From Eledone cirrhosa (Eukaryota), in the NCBI GenBank assembly GCA_964016885.1, contig OZ024744.1, positions 93,372,001 through 93,436,000 on the forward strand: a stretch of 64,000 nt of DNA, read 5' to 3'. Under the pieces are notes generated by a model. That model saw nothing but the letters and a program-made list of their open reading frames with translations, made no database searches and was not told the origin of the DNA. Both the position numbers and the translations under genes were made by a program. Below are positions 59,801 to 64,000 of this stretch, piece after piece. The stretch's first letter is position 1. Every line of letters begins with the position of its first letter.

Positions 59801-62800
59801 GTGTTGTTGTTGGTGATAATGGTGTTGTTGTTGGTGGTGGTGGTGTTGGTGATAATGGTGTTGTTGTTGGTGGTGGTGGTGTTGGTGATAATGGTGTTGT
59901 TGGTGGTGGTGGTGGTGTTGGTGATAATGGTGTTGTTGGTGGTGGTGGTGGTGTTGGTGATAATGTTGTTGTTGGTGGTGGTGGTGGTGTTGGTGATAAT
60001 GTTGTTGTTGTTGGTGGTGTTGGTGGTGTTGGTGATAATATTGATGTTGTTGTTGGTGGTGGTGGTGGTGATAATGGTGTTGTTGTTGGTGGTGGTGTTG
60101 GTGATAATATTGATGTTGTTGTTGGTGGTGGTGGTGTTGGTGATAATATTGATGTTGTTGTTGGTGGTGTTGGTGGTGATAATGTTGTTGTTGTTGGTGG
60201 TGGTGGTGGTGTTGGTGATAATATTGATGTTGTTGTTGGTGGTGGTGTTGGTGATAATGTTGTTGTTGTTGGTGGTGGTGGTGGTGTTGGTGATAATGGT
60301 GTTGTTGTTGGTGGTGTTGGTGGTGTTGGTGATAATGGTGTTGTTGGTGGTGGTGTTGGTGGTGTTGGTGATAATGGTGTTGTTGGTGGTGGTGGTGGTG
60401 TTGGTGATAATGTTGTTGTTGTTGGTGGTGTTGGTGGTGTTGGTGATAATGGTGTTGTTGTTGGTGGTGTTGGTGGTGTTGGTGATAATGGTGTTGTTGG
60501 TGGTGGTGTTGGTAGTGTTGGTGATAATGGTGTTGTTGTTGGTGGTGTTGGTGGTGTTGGTGATAATGGTGTTGTTGTTGTTGGTGGTGTTGGTGATAAT
60601 GGTGTTGGTGATAATGGTGTTGCTGGTGGTGGTGTTGGTGGTGGTGATAATGTTGTTGTTGGTGGTGGTGGTGTTGGTGATAATGTTGTTGTTGTTGGTG
60701 GTGGTGGTGTTGGTGATAATGTTGTTGTTGTTGGTGGTGGTGGTGTTGGTGATAATGGTGTTGTTGGTGGTGGTGTTGGTGATAATGTTGTTGTTGGTGG
60801 TGGTGGTGGTGGTGTTGGTGATAATGGTGTTGGTGGTGGTGGTGGTGTTGGTGATAATGGTGTTGTTGTTGGTGGTGGTGGTGTTGGTGATAATAGTGTT
60901 GTTGTTGGTGGTGGTGGTGGTGTTGGTAGCGGTGGTGGTGGTTGGTGGTGGTGGTGGTGGTTGTGGTGGTGGTGGTGGTGGTTGTAGTGGTGGTGGTGGT
61001 TGTAGTGGTGGTGGTGGTTGGTGGTGGTGGTGTTGGTGGTGGTGGTGGTGGTGTTAGTGGTGGCTGTAGTGGTTGTGAGTGTGGTGGTGTTGATGGTAGA
61101 GGTGGCAGTGGTGGTGGTGGTGTTAGTGGTGGTGGTGGTAGTGGTTGTGAGTGTGGTGATGGTATGGTGGTGGTGGTGGTGGTGGTGGTTGTGGTGGTGG
61201 TGGTGGTTGTGGTGGTGGTGGTGAGTGTGGTGGTGGTGGTGAGTGTGGTGGTGGTGGTGGTGTTTGGTGGTTGGTAGATGGTGGTGGTGGTGGTTGTTGT
61301 GGTGGTGGTGGTTGTGGTGGTGGTGGTGGTTGTGGTGGGGGTGGTGAGTGTGGTGGTGATGGAGGTGTTTGGTGGTTGGTGGTTGGTGGTGGTGGTGGTG
61401 GTCTTAGTGATGTTGTTAGTGGTGATAATGTTATTGTTGCCTTGTGGTGTTAGTAGTGCTGAACCTCTTGTTGTTGGTGGTGGTGGTGTTGGTGATAATG
61501 GTGTTGTTGTTGTTGGTGGTGGTGTTGGTGATAATGGTGTTGTTGGTGGTGGTGTTGGTGATAATGGTGTTGTTGGTGGTGGTGGTGGTGTTGGTGATAA
61601 TGGTGTTGTTGTTGTTGGTGGTGGTGTTGATGATAATGGTGTTGTTGTTGGTGGTGGTGGTGTTGGTGATAATGTTGTTGTTGTTGGTGGTGGTGGTGTT
61701 GGTGATAATGGTGTTGTTGGTGGTGGTGTTGGTGATAATGTTGTTGTTGTTGGTGGTGGTGGTGTTGGTGATAATGGTATTGTTGGTGGTGGTGTTGGTG
61801 ATAATGGTGTTGTTGTTGGTGGTGGTGGTGTTGGTGATAATGTTGATGTTGTTGTTGGTGGTGGTGTTGGTGATAATGGTGTTGTTGGTGGTGGTGGTGG
61901 TGGTGTTGGTGATAATGGTGTTGTTGTTGTTGGTGGTGGTGTTGGTGATAATGGTGTTGTTGTTGTTGGTGGTGGTGGTGTTGGTGATAATGGTGTTGGT
62001 GGTGGTGGTGGTGTTGGTGATAATGGTGTTGATGTTGTTGTTGGTGGTGGTGTTGGTGATAATGGTGTTGTTGTTGGTGGTGGTGGTGGTGTTGGTGATA
62101 ATGGTGTTGTTGTTGGTGGTGGTGGTGTTGGTGATAATGGTGTTGATGTTGTTGTTGGTGGTGGTGTTGGTGATAATGGTGTTGGTGGTGGTGGTGGTGT
62201 TGGTGATAATGGTGTTGTTGTTGGTGGTGGTGGTGGTGTTGGTGATAATGGTGTTGTTGTTGGTGGTGGTGGTGTTGGTGATAATGGTGTTGTTGGTGGT
62301 GGTGGTGTTGGTGATAATGGTGTTGTTGTTGTTGGTGGTGGTGTTGATGATAATGGTGTTGTTGTTGGTGGTGGTGGTGGTGTTGGTGATAATGGTGTTG
62401 TTGTTGTTGGTGGTGGTGTTGTTGTTGGTGGTGGTGGTGTTGGTGATAATGTTGTTGTTGTTGGTGGTGGTGGTGTTGGTGATAATGGTGTTGTTGGTGG
62501 TGGTGTTGGTGATAATGTTGTTGTTGTTGGTGGTGGTGGTGATAATGTTGTTGTTGTTGGTGATGGTGGTGTTGGTGATAATGGTGTTGTTGTTGGTGGT
62601 GGTGGTGTTGGTGATAATGGTGTTGTTGTTGGTGGTGGTGGTGTTGGTGATAATGGTGTTGTTGTTGGTGGTGGTGGTGGTGTTGGTGATAATGGTGTTG
62701 TTGTTGGTAGTGGTGGTGTTGGTGATAATGGTGTTGTTGTTATTGGTGGTGGTGGTGTTGGTGATAATGGTGTTGTTGTTGGTGGTGGTGGTGTTGGTGA

Positions 62801-64000
62801 TAATGGTGTTGTTGTTGGTGGTGGTGGTGGTGTTGGTGATAATGGTGTTGTTGGTGGTGGTGGTGGTGTTGGTGATAATGGTGTTGTTGGTGGTGGTGTT
62901 GGTGATAATGGTGTTGTTGTTGGTGGTGGTGGTGTTGGTGATAATGGTGTTGTTGGTGGTGGTGGTGGTGTTGGTGATAATGTTGTTGTTGTTGGTGGTG
63001 TTGGTGATAATGGTGTTGTTGTTGGTGGTGGTGGTGTTGGTGATAATGGTGTTGTTGTTGGTGGTGGTGGTGTTGGTGATAATGGTGTTGTTGTTGGTGG
63101 TGGTGGTGGTGTTGGTGATAATGGTGTTGTTGGTGGTGGTGGTGGTGTTGGTGATAATGGTGTTGTTGTTGGTGGTGGTGGTGTTGGTGATAATGGTGTT
63201 GTTGTTGGTGGTGGTGTTGGTGATAATGGTGTTGTTGGTGGTGGTGGTGGTGTTGGTGATAATGGTGTTGTTGTTGGTGGTGGTGGTGGTGTTGGTGATA
63301 ATGGTGTTGTTGGTGGTGGTGGTGGTGTTGGCGATAATGGTGTTGTTGTTGGTGGTGGTGGTGTTGGTGATAATGGTGTTGTTGTTGGTGGTGGTGGTGG
63401 TGTTGGTGATAATGGTGTTGTTGGTGGTGGTGGTGGTGTTGGTGATAATGGTGTTGTTGTTGTTGGTGGTGGTGGTGTTGGTGATAATGGTGTTGTTGTT
63501 GGTGGTGGTGGTGTTGGTGATAATGGTGTTGTTGTTGGTGGTGGTGGTGTTGGTGATAATGGTGTTGTTGTTGTTGTTGGTGGTGGTGTTGGTGATAATG
63601 GTGTTGTTGTTGGTGGTGTTGGTGGTGTTGGTGATAATGGTGTTGTTGGTGGTAGTGGTGGTGTTGGTGATAATGTTGTTGTTGTTGGTGGTGGTGGTGA
63701 TAATGTTGTTGTTGTTGGTGGTGGTGGTGTTGGTAATAATGGTGTTGTTGTTGGTGGTGGTGGTGTTGGTGATAATGGTGTTGTTGTTGGTGGTGGTGGT
63801 GGTGTTGGTGATAATGGTGTTGTTGGTGGTGGTGGTGGTGTTGGTGATAATGGTGTTGTTGGTGGTGGTGGTGGTGTTGGTGATAATGTTGTTGTTGTTG
63901 GTGGTGGTGGTGTTGGTGATAATGTTGTTGTTGTTGGTGGTGGTGGTGTTGGTGATAATGTTGTTGTTGGTGGTGGTGGTGGTGTTGGTGATAATGGTGT
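45894..64000. repeat. (GGT/GTT)-derived compound satellite with ~27-36 bp units (ggtggtggtgttggtgataatggtgttgttgtt) and kb-scale higher-order repeats
   Basis: Direct reading. The unique marker gccttgtggtgttagtagtgctgaacctct recurs at ~47792, 52991 and 61439. Confidence 0.95.
50474..50673. other. Assembly gap (200 N)
   Basis: Run of n. Confidence 1.

Noticed and set aside
44791-64000. Mucin-, extensin-, Gly- or His-rich ORFs of several hundred to 1141 aa
   Set aside because: These are simple-repeat translations open in several frames on both strands. Some cross the N gap, and no signal peptide or splice structure was seen.

Overview
This is an animal (non-microbial) genomic window that is overwhelmingly repeat-derived. 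The repeat families and microsatellite style suggest an octopod cephalopod (inference, not database-checked). One host gene is recognisable on the minus strand: a glutaredoxin-domain cysteine-rich protein (GRXCR/CG31559-like). Its coding exons are at about 43460-43844 (frameshifted in this assembly) and 8347-8583, joined in phase 0 across a 34.9 kb intron. That intron and the flanks hold many elements. These include an intact-ORF RTE LINE (APE + RT + three C2H2 fingers), bipartite non-autonomous RTE derivatives, R4/Dong-like RLE LINE fragments bordered by (CATA)n, and two Naiad-type Penelope-like elements. There are also hammerhead-ribozyme-like motifs, TTAA piggyBac-type MITEs, Tc1/mariner MITEs, non-autonomous Helitrons, tRNA SINEs, and 48, 60 and 77-79 bp minisatellites. 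From about 45.9 kb to the end the window is a (GGT/GTT)-derived satellite with higher-order repeats and a probable false duplication across a 200-N gap. The most interesting signals are: (i) a (TATG)n/(CATA)n-centred chain of two unrelated LINE families; (ii) the intact RTE joined to the microsatellite exactly at its ATG; (iii) variant hammerhead cores; and (iv) inverted MITEs flanking the GRXCR exon. Most ORFs in the supplied track are simple-repeat artefacts.
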